The translations under genes were made by a program, and so were the position numbers. Shown piece after piece: positions 40,147 to 50,357 of a stretch of 64,000 bases of DNA (position 1 is its first letter; each line of letters starts with the position of its first letter). The notes under the pieces are model-generated. The model ran no database searches. It had not been told where the DNA came from and was given only the letters and a program-made list of their open reading frames with translations. The stretch is from a virus: the IMG/VR virus record IMGVR_UViG_3300020192_000010, positions 1 through 64,000 of that record; one strand, 5' to 3'.

Positions 40147-42327
40147 TTATTGTCGAGCCGGGGAACCAACGCTATTTTGCTGATGTGACGCGGATGCGTC
40201 TGTTGCCGCTGCAACTGTTTTATGGAATGTGCCGATTTCAGAGGTGGTCTTGCAATGCGGGCAATGATTCTCTAGCTTAATAGTTAGATCGGTAGAAGTT
40301 GCGCTTTGCCCTGCTGTTTGTTTACCTGAAGAAGCCTCTTTCGCTGCATTGCTAAGTGCAGTTGTCGGAACAGAGCTACGAGTTTTTGTTTGCGCAATAT
40401 TCTGTTTAACAGCGTCGCGCATAGGTCCTGCTGATGGTGCCTCTTGTCCAGAAAGCTTGAATGCCATGGCCAGGCGAGCTTGTTCTTTAGGATTAGCTCC
40501 CGATGTCTGTTGAGGCGTAGATGGCATCACTCTTCCGCCATGAGGCGCAGGGACTTCGGGCTTTGTTACCACGTCCTTGCCGAACATGTCTTTTTCGCCC
40601 ATATATCCGGTCTTGATTTTACCGAACATACCAGCCAAGTGGAGCAGGACATCGATCGATGCATTTGCCGGGTCTTGATATTTGATATCACTAGAATTGG
40701 CTGTTTCGGCACGGCCTTCTACAGCATTACGTGCCAGTGCGTCTTCTACTGGTGAACCTGGAGCTGAGCCACCAAGTAATCTAATTATATCTGCGAGTTT
40801 ACGATCTTCGTTTGCAGCCATACGCTGCACGTCATTAGCCATCATGCTAACCACGGTCGTCATCCGGCGTTGCACAGAAGCGCCTTTTGTAGTAACTTTA
40901 TAGGTAGCGGCTTTGCCTGTAATTGCCTCTTTAGCATCTTTGGTAAGAGAGCCCTTCTTCATTGCCTCAAAAAACTTGGAAGCCTTATCATCTGTGTCTT
41001 TGTCGTTACCAAGCATACTACCGAACGCGCTGCTTTTTAGATACGAAAGCTGTCTCTGGTATTGGGATGCGGCTTGCGAACTTTCACTGGCCTGATCAAG
41101 CGTTACGACGTTACTTCCAATTTGACGCTGAAGATTCTTCTGCATCATATTCATGACTTCGTCTATCTTACCGTCCTTCACCATCTTATCGATCTTGAAA
41201 GCTCCCTGTAGACCGCTGCCTACGCCGCTACGTTGAGCCAGAAATGCTTTGGTTCCAACGTCGAGGCCTTTGATCGACTCTGCCATCTTATCGAACATTT
41301 GTGTGGCCTGTTGTGGACTGAGTCCGACGTCCTGCAAAGCAGGCACGAACTTACTAAATGCTTTAACAGCGCCATCGGTGTTGTTTGTCAAAAAAGCATA
41401 CGCAGTAGACAATTTATTGATGCTGTTGGTCGTTACGTCCAACGGAATGTGAAGTCCATCAGATGCAGTTGCTATCGTCGATAGATAGTTAATAGCCTCT
41501 TGACCCTTCAGGCCAAGATCCGAATAAGCCTTAGTCATCTCTCCTATTACAACTTTTAGATCTTTTCCTGTTGCTGCCGCTACCTGCGTAACGGCCACTA
41601 ACTCGGTGGCATTGCCTGAGCCTGTACCGACAACCGCATCTAGCGCACCTGGAATCTGACCAAGCTCTTTGACAGCCTGGCTCAGTTTACCAACGCCAAT
41701 ACCGGTAGCTTGCGTCGCGTCCATAATGTTCTTTGTGAACTGGGCCATATTGCCATCGAATTCATCAGACAGCTCACCAGTCTCTTCAAAGACCTGCCCC
41801 AAATTTCCGGTCACAGCTCCTAGAGATATAAATCCACGCTCCATATCCTGAACGCGCTCGGTCGCGGCGAATACTTCTTTAAAGTTGTTAGCAACCATAC
41901 TGGCAGCTTTACCAAGAGGCCCGCCGCTAGTGGCTAGCGATTTGAAAGCCGCTTCTAGCTTGCCTGTAAATTTTCCAAGTTCTCCAAGGCTATCTTGAAT
42001 CGATGCGCTGCCCTGACTAACATCATTTTTGAATGCCAAGAATGAAGCCGAGGCTCCGCCCATTTTGACAGTCAATGCCTCGCCGGTAGCTATCATGTTG
42101 ATGTTTGCTCTAGCAAACAGATTGGTTGTATCGGTCACTCGACCGATCGACGCATTGGTGCCTTCAAGATTTTTTTGTAGCGTAGTAAGTTTTTCTTCTA
42201 CGTTACCGGCACCTTCAGCAAATTCTCGAACACCAACAACCCAGTTCCTGATACTCTCAGTCACATCTTTACCACTAGCTAATAGCAGTTTGATTGGTTC
42301 AATATCTAGTGGATCGCCTTCAGCCAT
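40147..42327 (-). CDS. Tape measure protein
   Basis: 726 aa, Ala/Gly-rich and helical; directly follows the frameshifting chaperone pair. Confidence 0.75.
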   Translation of the reverse strand: MAEGDPLDIEPIKLLLASGKDVTESIRNWVVGVREFAEGAGNVEEKLTTLQKNLEGTNASIGRVTDTTNLFARANINMIATGEALTVKMGGASASFLAFKNDVSQGSASIQDSLGELGKFTGKLEAAFKSLATSGGPLGKAASMVANNFKEVFAATERVQDMERGFISLGAVTGNLGQVFEETGELSDEFDGNMAQFTKNIMDATQATGIGVGKLSQAVKELGQIPGALDAVVGTGSGNATELVAVTQVAAATGKDLKVVIGEMTKAYSDLGLKGQEAINYLSTIATASDGLHIPLDVTTNSINKLSTAYAFLTNNTDGAVKAFSKFVPALQDVGLSPQQATQMFDKMAESIKGLDVGTKAFLAQRSGVGSGLQGAFKIDKMVKDGKIDEVMNMMQKNLQRQIGSNVVTLDQASESSQAASQYQRQLSYLKSSAFGSMLGNDKDTDDKASKFFEAMKKGSLTKDAKEAITGKAATYKVTTKGASVQRRMTTVVSMMANDVQRMAANEDRKLADIIRLLGGSAPGSPVEDALARNAVEGRAETANSSDIKYQDPANASIDVLLHLAGMFGKIKTGYMGEKDMFGKDVVTKPEVPAPHGGRVMPSTPQQTSGANPKEQARLAMAFKLSGQEAPSAGPMRDAVKQNIAQTKTRSSVPTTALSNAAKEASSGKQTAGQSATSTDLTIKLENHCPHCKTTSEIGTFHKTVAAATDASASHQQNSVGSPARQ

Positions 42328-42350
42328 CTGTCCTCACACGCGCCGGGGCG

Positions 42351-42716
42351 CTATACAGTCACGCGTTTACGTCGTCTACGACGAGGAGCAAGCTCCGCCT
42401 TTTCTTTATCTTTACGACGGTTTTCCTCGATGATTTGCTTGGAAAGTTCTTCGAACTCTTCATCATTAGATACGAAAGTATTAGCCTCGGCCGCAACCAA
42501 CTTTCGAACCATTTCCGGATTCGTGAATGAACCGATGAGATAGCCTAAATTCTTGGCTTCTTCCGCGCGTTCGCGCTTGTCTTCAATCCAATTCTCAAAC
42601 ATTAAAAGTTTTTGGATCGGGTCCAAATTCTCTATCTTTGGATCGTCCCAACCGCAGTTGTAAAGCTGACACAAATGCCAGGTGAACCGGATATCCGATT
42701 CTTTTACGATTTTTTT
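42351..42716 (-). CDS. Tail assembly chaperone, -1 frame extension (gpT-like)
   Basis: The frame is open from the slippery site: IVKESDIRFTWHLCQLYNCGWDDP... Confidence 0.75.
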   Translation of the reverse strand, partial: KKIVKESDIRFTWHLCQLYNCGWDDPKIENLDPIQKLLMFENWIEDKRERAEEAKNLGYLIGSFTNPEMVRKLVAAEANTFVSNDEEFEELSKQIIEENRRKDKEKAELAPRRRRRKRVTV

Positions 42717-43342
42717 ACTTCGTCAACTACTTCTTTTACGTCTGCCTCGCTCTTGAGACCGTATTTTTTTACAGCCTCATCATTAAGCGCACCAAATTCA
42801 TCGTAAAGGAAATTAGCTACGTTTTCATCAAGCTCTTCTACATAATTAAGCTTGGCTTCAATGTCGCTTGTACCGAGAACGTAATCTATTTCAACATTAT
42901 CAATCTTATAAATTGATCTGGCTAGTTGTTGACGACGCCCTTCGAAAAGTGTTTCGACACGCGATACCTGTGCCGCTGCAAAGATAGATTCACGGTTTTC
43001 ACGAGCCTTTAGCGTACGAATGGAGAACGTCGTTCCTGCAACCAGAACGTCCTTAGTCATACGCCCTAAACCGGCAAGGAACTCAACTCGTTCTTTTGCC
43101 TCAGGCTGAATAGGAACATGCCCGGAGGCTTTCGCCTGTCGGGCAGCTCGCATACGTGCTTCTTGCTGGGCTTGGGTAAGTTGTGGGGGTCCTGATGGCC
43201 GTTGAGGTTGCGGCTCTTCATCATAACCCTCAGACTCGTCGGGAACTTCGAAAGTTCGCATTCCCTGGCCGGAACCTCCGGTCTCGCCTGAAGTAGCAGT
43301 AAATGTTCTTGAACCGATAGGACTCTTAATTCCTGGTGGCAT
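42704..43342 (-). CDS. Tail assembly chaperone (gpG-like)
   Basis: Lies between tube and tape measure and ends at a slippery sequence. Confidence 0.75.
   Translation of the reverse strand: MPPGIKSPIGSRTFTATSGETGGSGQGMRTFEVPDESEGYDEEPQPQRPSGPPQLTQAQQEARMRAARQAKASGHVPIQPEAKERVEFLAGLGRMTKDVLVAGTTFSIRTLKARENRESIFAAAQVSRVETLFEGRRQQLARSIYKIDNVEIDYVLGTSDIEAKLNYVEELDENVANFLYDEFGALNDEAVKKYGLKSEADVKEVVDEVKKS
42710..42716 (-). other. -1 programmed ribosomal frameshift site A AAA AAA
   Basis: GTA AAA AAA TCG TAA at the end of the chaperone gene; the -1 frame joins ORF 42351-42674. Confidence 0.8.
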
Positions 43343-43408
43343 ATATTCCTTAATGTATAGAAACGACTATAACTAAGGAGTATATATCAGCTTAGCTGAT
43401 AGAGTCTA

Positions 43409-44068
43409 TCAGAATGGTTTTGCGCCGCCTGTAAAGGCGTTGATAAGTCCTGGTGCATCAAGGGAACCACGACGTCCACCGCGATCTGCTTCAAGTTCGA
43501 TTGCATCCTGGAACCCTGCGATACCGCGAGTGCCACCACGAGCAATGTTCTTGTTACCACCAGCAAAGAAGCTGGCAATCGTTTCTGCTTGAAACGTCAT
43601 CTGATCCTGAACGACGAACTCGCTTGCTTGATATGTATAGTTAATATTTCCAATCCATACATTTCGAAGAACAGTTACGATAGTCGCCGGGTCATTTGAA
43701 GGATCGGCAGATAGTGATGGTGCATTCTGTACGTCGATGATTTCGATGTCGAACGGATAGCGTTGGGCATGAACGTGAGTGAACCCACGGCTAAATGCTT
43801 CTGCCATGCGAAGTCGATCGAACCTGACTCGTGTACAGGTTCCGGTAATGTTCGTTGAGCTCTTCGGGACGGAGTCTATATGACCGTCAGTTCCGACTTC
43901 ATCGACCATGTGGATGCCGCGCTCTTCAGTGATCTGAATAGACTGAATTGCACCGATCGTTTCGGTACCAACTTTGATAATAATGTTAGTTGATAGCGAC
44001 GTCTTGGTAATATTTTTACCATTTCCGTCGTATAACTGAGACCCTGTTTGTGGATATTTGCCAGCCAT
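43409..44068 (-). CDS. Tail tube protein
   Basis: 219 aa directly after the sheath gene; IGAIQSIQITE...EVG...TCTRVR...PFDIEI. Confidence 0.8.
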   Translation of the reverse strand: MAGKYPQTGSQLYDGNGKNITKTSLSTNIIIKVGTETIGAIQSIQITEERGIHMVDEVGTDGHIDSVPKSSTNITGTCTRVRFDRLRMAEAFSRGFTHVHAQRYPFDIEIIDVQNAPSLSADPSNDPATIVTVLRNVWIGNINYTYQASEFVVQDQMTFQAETIASFFAGGNKNIARGGTRGIAGFQDAIELEADRGGRRGSLDAPGLINAFTGGAKPF

Positions 44069-44087
44069 AGAATAACTCCCTCAAAAA

Positions 44088-46829
44088 TTAGATTAGACCA
44101 ACGTTTACTTTGATGTAGATCCAATTTACTGGATATGTTGGTTGGACCTTGACCTTGACGTTCCACTGACGCGGATCGACAGAGTCACGCGCGACCGAGA
44201 GGCTATCGTATGCGGTGATAAGTCCCTGGCTGATGAACGATTCCAAGAGGCCTACTGCTCTCGACGTTAGCGAGGAAAGCAATGTTGCATCTTCTGGGAG
44301 TCCGATGAATCCTGCGAAGCCTTGACGAAGTGACTTAGCGATTCTGTCGCGGATGAAGATGATCGAGATCTCTTCTTCCTCTGGGAAACCGCTTTGAGTT
44401 GTGGTCTTTCCTTGGATAACGATACCGCCACCAGATACTGGTTGTACAACCGTGATACCTGCTGCGATCAATCTCTCAATAACAGTAGGCGAGAAACGCT
44501 TGGTGTTAAGGATAGTGAATCCAGAAAGAACCTTATTCGTCAGTGGGACAGCGATGTTAGGAATGCCGCTGAGGTACCCTGCACCTGCTGCTGCCATATA
44601 GAATCCGTCAAGAGCAACGTTTGCTCCGCCAGCCGATACGACAATCTCATCTGGATAGAAGTATACACAGCGGAACGTAGTTCCGAACGCATCTACAACA
44701 GAGTAGTTAGCAAGGTCTTCGGTGTTGCCAGATAGAACTTCCGCTACGCTGTCACCCTGAATGCCCTCGAACAATCCGATGTCTTCAACTGCCGCTGTCT
44801 TATTACCGAGAACGAACTCAGGAAGAAGTCCAGCGATTGCTCCAGTAAACAATACACGCTCGCGTCTGTTACGGATATTGCTCATCGTACGGCAGTGAGA
44901 CAGCGTGTTCTGGAAGATTGCGCTGATCGTCTGCTTTGGAAGAGGAACTACGATGTCGACATCGACAGTTTCGAGAGCTGCAAGAGCCTCTAGCCAACCA
45001 ACGTCATAGAAGTCTGCATCTCGTGCGTCTACGAAGGACACACGAAGAGAGTTTAGGTCAGGAACGACCGCCTGGTTAACTACAACGAACGAACCGACCT
45101 CATCTGGGTCGACGACCTGGAAATCAAGTACGGTCTCGTCTACGAAGTATTTTTTCAAAACTGCCTGCGTATTACTTACACCGGCTGAGATAAGGAATGT
45201 TCCATCGTTAACTGCATTAACAGCAGTCGTGATCGAGACATAACGATTGGAGAGCACACCGTACGTGCTGAAGTTAGCAGATGCGCTGGTCAGCGTACAC
45301 TTCGTACCATCAATACCGTCAGGAGCAATAATTCCGTCAGCAGCTGTAAAAACAAGGTTATCTGTTCCGATGTCGCGGACTTCAAACGTTACGCCAGTTT
45401 CAGACGTAAACAGAGGGAAGCTAACGGTAAGTGCTCCGTTGACTGCGGCAGTAATATCGAAAGTTCCGATATTAACAGCGTTGGTCGCGTCAAACAGCTT
45501 AAGCTCTTTACCAATGTCATTCGCGGTAAACGTGAATGAAGAACTGCTGAAGGTACCGACACCTGGGATTGCAAGACCTGCATCCATCGCACCATTAGAG
45601 CCAGACTTCGTTACCTGCGCGCGCTGCATTACAGTATAGAAATAGCTGTATGTAGAGACGGAGAAGATAAATGTCGACAATGTTGGTGTAGTGCTGGTAT
45701 CCGTGATGGTATTGAATGCGTGCTTGTTAGGAATAATTTGCGTTTCGATTCCAGTCGTTGGGCTGGTTACGAAGAAATTAATAGAAGAATCTGCGTCTGG
45801 AGATACTCCGACCGGAAGAGGGAAGATGTAATCTTCAACGTCGTCAGACGTTGCCTTTACCTCATTATCCAAATCGTAAGATGTACGACGAGGAAGTGCT
45901 GGTTTCGTTTGAAGGCAAACGATTCCTGGTGGTTGGTTGGAGAAAGCAAGCTGTCCGCCCAACGAAAGGTTGTTATCAGTACTTGGAGATCCGAAACGAA
46001 TCGCAACGTCTTCCATGTTATCGAAGAAACCAGGATCGTTAAGATCCAGAGTGCCAATGTACGTTGCGGTTAACGTATCATTCTTTAGAAGAACTCCGCT
46101 TCGTACTTTTACAGTAAAGGAATCACCTTCACGAAGAGTCGTTGCTCCCATAAGAGGGTTTTGCAGAATGCTAAAGGAGATGACGCCGTTGGTCACGATC
46201 TCGTCGTCAGAAAGCCAAACTACCGGATTACCATAACCATCGAGTGGTGTACCCGATACAGAGCCGAAGCTAAGAAACTTCGCTGTATTTACGATTGGGA
46301 CACCATAACCGTCACGCTGCACTGACGAACACTTGATCGTCCACGTTTCTGACGGAGCATTAACATCGTCGATGGTAAGGTTTTCAATTGTACCGGAACC
46401 GTAGTTAGTCGTTGAAGCCGAATAGAACTTACCACCTTGATCAACAAGGTAAGCCGTTTGAAGTTCTATTTCGCCAGTACTGACATCGATACGGTAATCA
46501 TACGCGTTATCGAATGTATTGGAATCGATTGCCTCTTCCAATCCAACCAATGGAATGCCGTTACGGTAAACCGTGGTACGATTAGCTATGAGGGAAGTTA
46601 TTCCCAAAAGGAAATGTCGACCATCTGCGCCACTGGCAGAGGTATACCCGGCATTGAGTCCGTCAAGGCCACCACCAAGGGCGCCTGAGACAAGTACCTC
46701 GCTACGAGTTCCCTCGCCCATGATTACAGCCAAACGGGTGCCGCCTGGGATCGAAACTCCAGTAGTTAAGGTCTCTACGTCTGTGTATGCACCGGGCGCA
46801 GCCCCTGAAGCCCCTTTTATATTAGCCAT
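44088..46829 (-). CDS. Contractile tail sheath protein
   Basis: N-terminal APGAY; C-terminal EISIIFIRDRI...VQPTYPVNWIYIKV. Confidence 0.9.
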   Translation of the reverse strand: MANIKGASGAAPGAYTDVETLTTGVSIPGGTRLAVIMGEGTRSEVLVSGALGGGLDGLNAGYTSASGADGRHFLLGITSLIANRTTVYRNGIPLVGLEEAIDSNTFDNAYDYRIDVSTGEIELQTAYLVDQGGKFYSASTTNYGSGTIENLTIDDVNAPSETWTIKCSSVQRDGYGVPIVNTAKFLSFGSVSGTPLDGYGNPVVWLSDDEIVTNGVISFSILQNPLMGATTLREGDSFTVKVRSGVLLKNDTLTATYIGTLDLNDPGFFDNMEDVAIRFGSPSTDNNLSLGGQLAFSNQPPGIVCLQTKPALPRRTSYDLDNEVKATSDDVEDYIFPLPVGVSPDADSSINFFVTSPTTGIETQIIPNKHAFNTITDTSTTPTLSTFIFSVSTYSYFYTVMQRAQVTKSGSNGAMDAGLAIPGVGTFSSSSFTFTANDIGKELKLFDATNAVNIGTFDITAAVNGALTVSFPLFTSETGVTFEVRDIGTDNLVFTAADGIIAPDGIDGTKCTLTSASANFSTYGVLSNRYVSITTAVNAVNDGTFLISAGVSNTQAVLKKYFVDETVLDFQVVDPDEVGSFVVVNQAVVPDLNSLRVSFVDARDADFYDVGWLEALAALETVDVDIVVPLPKQTISAIFQNTLSHCRTMSNIRNRRERVLFTGAIAGLLPEFVLGNKTAAVEDIGLFEGIQGDSVAEVLSGNTEDLANYSVVDAFGTTFRCVYFYPDEIVVSAGGANVALDGFYMAAAGAGYLSGIPNIAVPLTNKVLSGFTILNTKRFSPTVIERLIAAGITVVQPVSGGGIVIQGKTTTQSGFPEEEEISIIFIRDRIAKSLRQGFAGFIGLPEDATLLSSLTSRAVGLLESFISQGLITAYDSLSVARDSVDPRQWNVKVKVQPTYPVNWIYIKVNVGLI

Positions 46830-46869
46830 ATTATTTTCCTCAGTTAGTCAAAAGAATATCTTATTATTA

Positions 46870-47511
46870 CTATTTGTGACGAATTCGAGTTGCTCCATCA
46901 CTACAATTTTGTTTAGCCTGCAATGGCCTAAGGTTACTTAGCGCCCATAATTTTATGAAATTTTCGTCTGTCATAGACTTGAAAGGTAAACAACTTTGCG
47001 GAATAATATGATCGATATGCCAAGTCGTAGTGTTATTAGATGCCAATCCCCAGTTTTGCCAATTCATCCATGGCTCAAACTCGCTTTCTAAGTGACATTT
47101 CAATTCCTCTATAGAGTATGGTAAATATTGCGTAATAGAGGAACCATTCTTGCTTGAATTGAATCTCTTAAGAGTGTTTCTAATCAAACAAGATATATTT
47201 TTTCGGAGGCGAAATGTTGCATCATTAGCGCGGCGCAATTTTTGATTATAATTTCTTTTCAACTTTACGTCTTGGCGGCGACTATATTCTTTAGAATTCT
47301 CTCTTTTACTAGCAAGTAATTTCTCTCTATGTTGCGCGCGATAACTAGCTACCCTGACTTTTGAGGCCTCTTTGTTTTTAAGATAGCTAATATGTTTTAG
47401 TTTTTTAACACAATCTAGGCATGTTGCTCTAAAACGCTTCGTATCTGATCTAGCTTCAAAATTCACCGAAGTTAGCTCTTTCCATAATTTGCAATTAATA
47501 CAAGCCTTCAT
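46870..47511 (-). CDS. Freestanding HNH endonuclease
   Basis: CINC...CLDC and WHIDHIIP...SNLRP; paralogue of 16584-17237. Confidence 0.82.
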   Translation of the reverse strand: MKACINCKLWKELTSVNFEARSDTKRFRATCLDCVKKLKHISYLKNKEASKVRVASYRAQHREKLLASKRENSKEYSRRQDVKLKRNYNQKLRRANDATFRLRKNISCLIRNTLKRFNSSKNGSSITQYLPYSIEELKCHLESEFEPWMNWQNWGLASNNTTTWHIDHIIPQSCLPFKSMTDENFIKLWALSNLRPLQAKQNCSDGATRIRHK

Positions 47512-48290
47512 AATTCTGCTAAAACTTCTATTAGAGTTTGCTCATTATTTATTTGCAAATTAGCCGCGTCTGGGCCACTAACGTCGCCAAAATCCATTAC
47601 TAAACTAATGATTTCAACTATGTTATTAATTGGTACGTGCCTTCGCCATTCAGAACGAAATTGTAGAGTAATTGATTGTTTGTAAAGCTTATCGTTACGA
47701 TCGTCGGTCTCGCTTACTCCGCTTGCCTGAACACCTTTGATAAAAAACCCTGCTTTTTCTAAATTGTTGTGTTGAATGTCAGCAAAAAGTATCGCTACTT
47801 CTTGTGCTAGATTATCCCGTGCTGGAAGGCTTCTTGTGAAAATTTCTATTGAAATACTTCCTTCCCATGCTCCTGCAAATATAAAATGAGCCGGTACCGG
47901 GAACTTTGTTATGTTGCCGTACCCATCTTGGTATACCTGATAGTCCCATTGAACAGTGCCGCGTTCTCTATTAAATGAGATCGGAACGTAGTTGGCTCCA
48001 CCATGCTTGACTATGATTGCTGGATAAAACACAACATCCTGGCGATATGTTTCACCAATAAATAACCTGGTAGTTTGATTGTCTTTCAAACCGGCCTCTT
48101 GAACCAAATCGGTATGGTCTGTAGTCTTTGGATATCCCCACTCATCAGCTACGTAGTGATAATAGGTATCTTGACTAAAATGATCTCGTAATGTTGCAAT
48201 GACAATTTCTTTAGGAAAAATGATCATGCTATTCTGCGCAACATGATGCAGAATCGGCAGATCAGACCTAAAGAAGTTGTTAGTAGACAT
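47508..48290 (-). CDS. Tail terminator/completion protein
   Basis: YPAIIV...ISIEIFTRS..ARDNLA pattern; located upstream of the sheath gene. Confidence 0.6.
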   Translation of the reverse strand: MSTNNFFRSDLPILHHVAQNSMIIFPKEIVIATLRDHFSQDTYYHYVADEWGYPKTTDHTDLVQEAGLKDNQTTRLFIGETYRQDVVFYPAIIVKHGGANYVPISFNRERGTVQWDYQVYQDGYGNITKFPVPAHFIFAGAWEGSISIEIFTRSLPARDNLAQEVAILFADIQHNNLEKAGFFIKGVQASGVSETDDRNDKLYKQSITLQFRSEWRRHVPINNIVEIISLVMDFGDVSGPDAANLQINNEQTLIEVLAEL

Positions 48291-48314
48291 TATAGATATA
48301 GCAAAAAACTACCA

Positions 48315-49337
48315 TCAAACAGTATACTTTACAACCATTGGGGATATTTCAAATTCACCAGAGCCGGAAGCAAGTAGTGCATTGATATGAAATTTAACAA
48401 TGACTGTATTATCTTGGCCAACAACATAGTTGTCGTTACTCGAAACGTCCAACGTAACGTATTGTGTACCGGCACTTATGACGCTGAGTGTAGTGTCAAG
48501 ATCAAACGAATATGATGCTGATTGAGAATCAGTAAACGTATTAGCTCTAAGTTTTGGATCCAATATAGATCCTGTACCGGCAGAATAATTAGCGCTCACA
48601 ATTGGCTGTGATTTTGCAATAATCTCTACTAGATTGCTGCCAGCATTAGTGGTAATGGTAGCGGTCCCGGCAAACCAAACTCCAGCTTTAATAGACATTA
48701 TTTGAGCGCCTCTTGGCAGATGCTTATCCATGGCTGCATAAAAAGAAAAATCACGCCCGCCAGTGCTTCCGATTATAAATGAAGTATTGGCGTAATAAGA
48801 ATAAACCGCTTTATTTGTTATTTCATGAATAGCATTATAGTAGGCTATACTGTTAACTGTCGCAAAGTTGCTTGCAGGATGATCAACTCCCATCGGCACA
48901 ACAGCATATTTGATGTGGTTCTTATTTTTATCGATAACGTCACCGGCAGTTATGCCTGAGATGGTCGTTTCTGATGTTCCATTAACAGTGGTACTATCAA
49001 AATTATTGTTATTTATTTGATGGCCAGAAGAACTAGAAATAGCTATGTATGCAGTAATTGAAACGGCGGCGCGCGCAAAAATATTGTTTGTAATGATACA
49101 ACTGTTACCCTCTAAACTAATAAACGTGGCTGAAGCTGCTGGGGCAGTGAAAAAATTACCATTTACAACGCAGTCATCTGTTAAATCTAGATACGACGAC
49201 GATGTGGCTGATAGGTTATTATTTACGATGGAGGACTTGGCCGCAGAATCGATAAGTGCGTCGTACGCATAAACTCCTGAATCATAAATTCCATTATCTA
49301 TGGAGTTTCCCTCAATTATAACATTTGAACTTGTCAT
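48315..49337 (-). CDS. Beta-helix plus C-terminal beta-sandwich receptor-binding module B
   Basis: Repeated I.NN.F motifs; paralogue of 49341-50354. Confidence 0.65.
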   Translation of the reverse strand: MTSSNVIIEGNSIDNGIYDSGVYAYDALIDSAAKSSIVNNNLSATSSSYLDLTDDCVVNGNFFTAPAASATFISLEGNSCIITNNIFARAAVSITAYIAISSSSGHQINNNNFDSTTVNGTSETTISGITAGDVIDKNKNHIKYAVVPMGVDHPASNFATVNSIAYYNAIHEITNKAVYSYYANTSFIIGSTGGRDFSFYAAMDKHLPRGAQIMSIKAGVWFAGTATITTNAGSNLVEIIAKSQPIVSANYSAGTGSILDPKLRANTFTDSQSASYSFDLDTTLSVISAGTQYVTLDVSSNDNYVVGQDNTVIVKFHINALLASGSGEFEISPMVVKYTV

Positions 49338-49340
49338 GAA

Positions 49341-50354
49341 TCACCCATATGTATACTTAACAAGTAGTGCATGAGAAAGGCTGGCGGTGGCTGAAGCAAG
49401 TACCTGTGGGCTAAGTGCAAGTTGTAAACAAACCTCATAATTTGGACTAATTTGGAAAATAGAGCTTGTACCTAGGTCAAGCTTCAAATGTTTTACAGTT
49501 CCATTAGCCAATGTCGCGACAGGGCCCGCGCCAATTATGAAGATTTGATCAAAAACAACATCTGCGGGAGCCATATAAGATCCAACATCTGTAATAATCG
49601 TCGCTATCGACCCAGTACCGGCGGTAATGTTGGCAGCCAAGTCCAGCGACCTGTAAAGCGCTAATGTAAAACCGCTATTGCTGATGGTACTCCATCCCGT
49701 CGTAGATGGCGCATTGTAACTCCAATCAACACCAATAACTCTTGCACCAATAGGTAACAAATCAGAGAGGTTCCAATTAGCATTAAGATCTGCTGTTACT
49801 GGAGACGCACTTAAATTGTAAAAAACAGAAGTGTATGCGCCAAGGCCTGTCGTCGTTGCCCGGTATCCCGTAGTTGTTGTTGCGAAAAAATTGGTAAGCT
49901 CCATGAGCTTATAGTATATTTGATTTCTATTACGATCCGTAACGTCAGCTGATAGGGCACCTACAATTGGTGTCTCTATAGTTCCATTTATCGTGGTGCT
50001 ATCGAAATAATTGTCGGTTATAGTATGACCGGATGTACCTGTAATATAAATATACGATTGAACTGTGCTTGAACCACGTACAAATTTATTGTTGTAAATG
50101 CTACATGTGCAACTTGTCAGTTTGATAAAATTGGACGATACTGACGAGTAGATATTGTGGAATGCGTTATCACTTACAACACTATCTGCCTGAATGTCCA
50201 GTCCAGTAACGGTGCTGGCTAAAAATGTATTGTTGTTGATTACCGCATCGCCTTTTATTAAGGCCAAAGTGGTATATCCATAAGTCTGAACGCCAGCGTT
50301 GTAATAATTACCATTATCGAAGGTATTCCCTTCTATAACTATGCTGCTATTCAT
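49341..50354 (-). CDS. Beta-helix plus C-terminal beta-sandwich receptor-binding module A
   Basis: IEGNTF, INNNTF, VSDNAF, IYNNKF and ITDNYF repeats. Confidence 0.65.
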   Translation of the reverse strand: MNSSIVIEGNTFDNGNYYNAGVQTYGYTTLALIKGDAVINNNTFLASTVTGLDIQADSVVSDNAFHNIYSSVSSNFIKLTSCTCSIYNNKFVRGSSTVQSYIYITGTSGHTITDNYFDSTTINGTIETPIVGALSADVTDRNRNQIYYKLMELTNFFATTTTGYRATTTGLGAYTSVFYNLSASPVTADLNANWNLSDLLPIGARVIGVDWSYNAPSTTGWSTISNSGFTLALYRSLDLAANITAGTGSIATIITDVGSYMAPADVVFDQIFIIGAGPVATLANGTVKHLKLDLGTSSIFQISPNYEVCLQLALSPQVLASATASLSHALLVKYTYG

Positions 50355-50357
50355 AAC

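Noticed and set aside
24135-48290. Extracellular contractile injection system or tailocin rather than a phage
   Set aside because: It is contiguous with DnaB, a loader, an SF2 helicase, neck genes and homing endonucleases. Head genes probably lie outside the window.
48315-50354. Diversity-generating retroelement or invertase shufflon acting on the paired modules
   Set aside because: No reverse transcriptase, recombinase, near-identical template/variable repeats or inverted cassettes are visible in the window.
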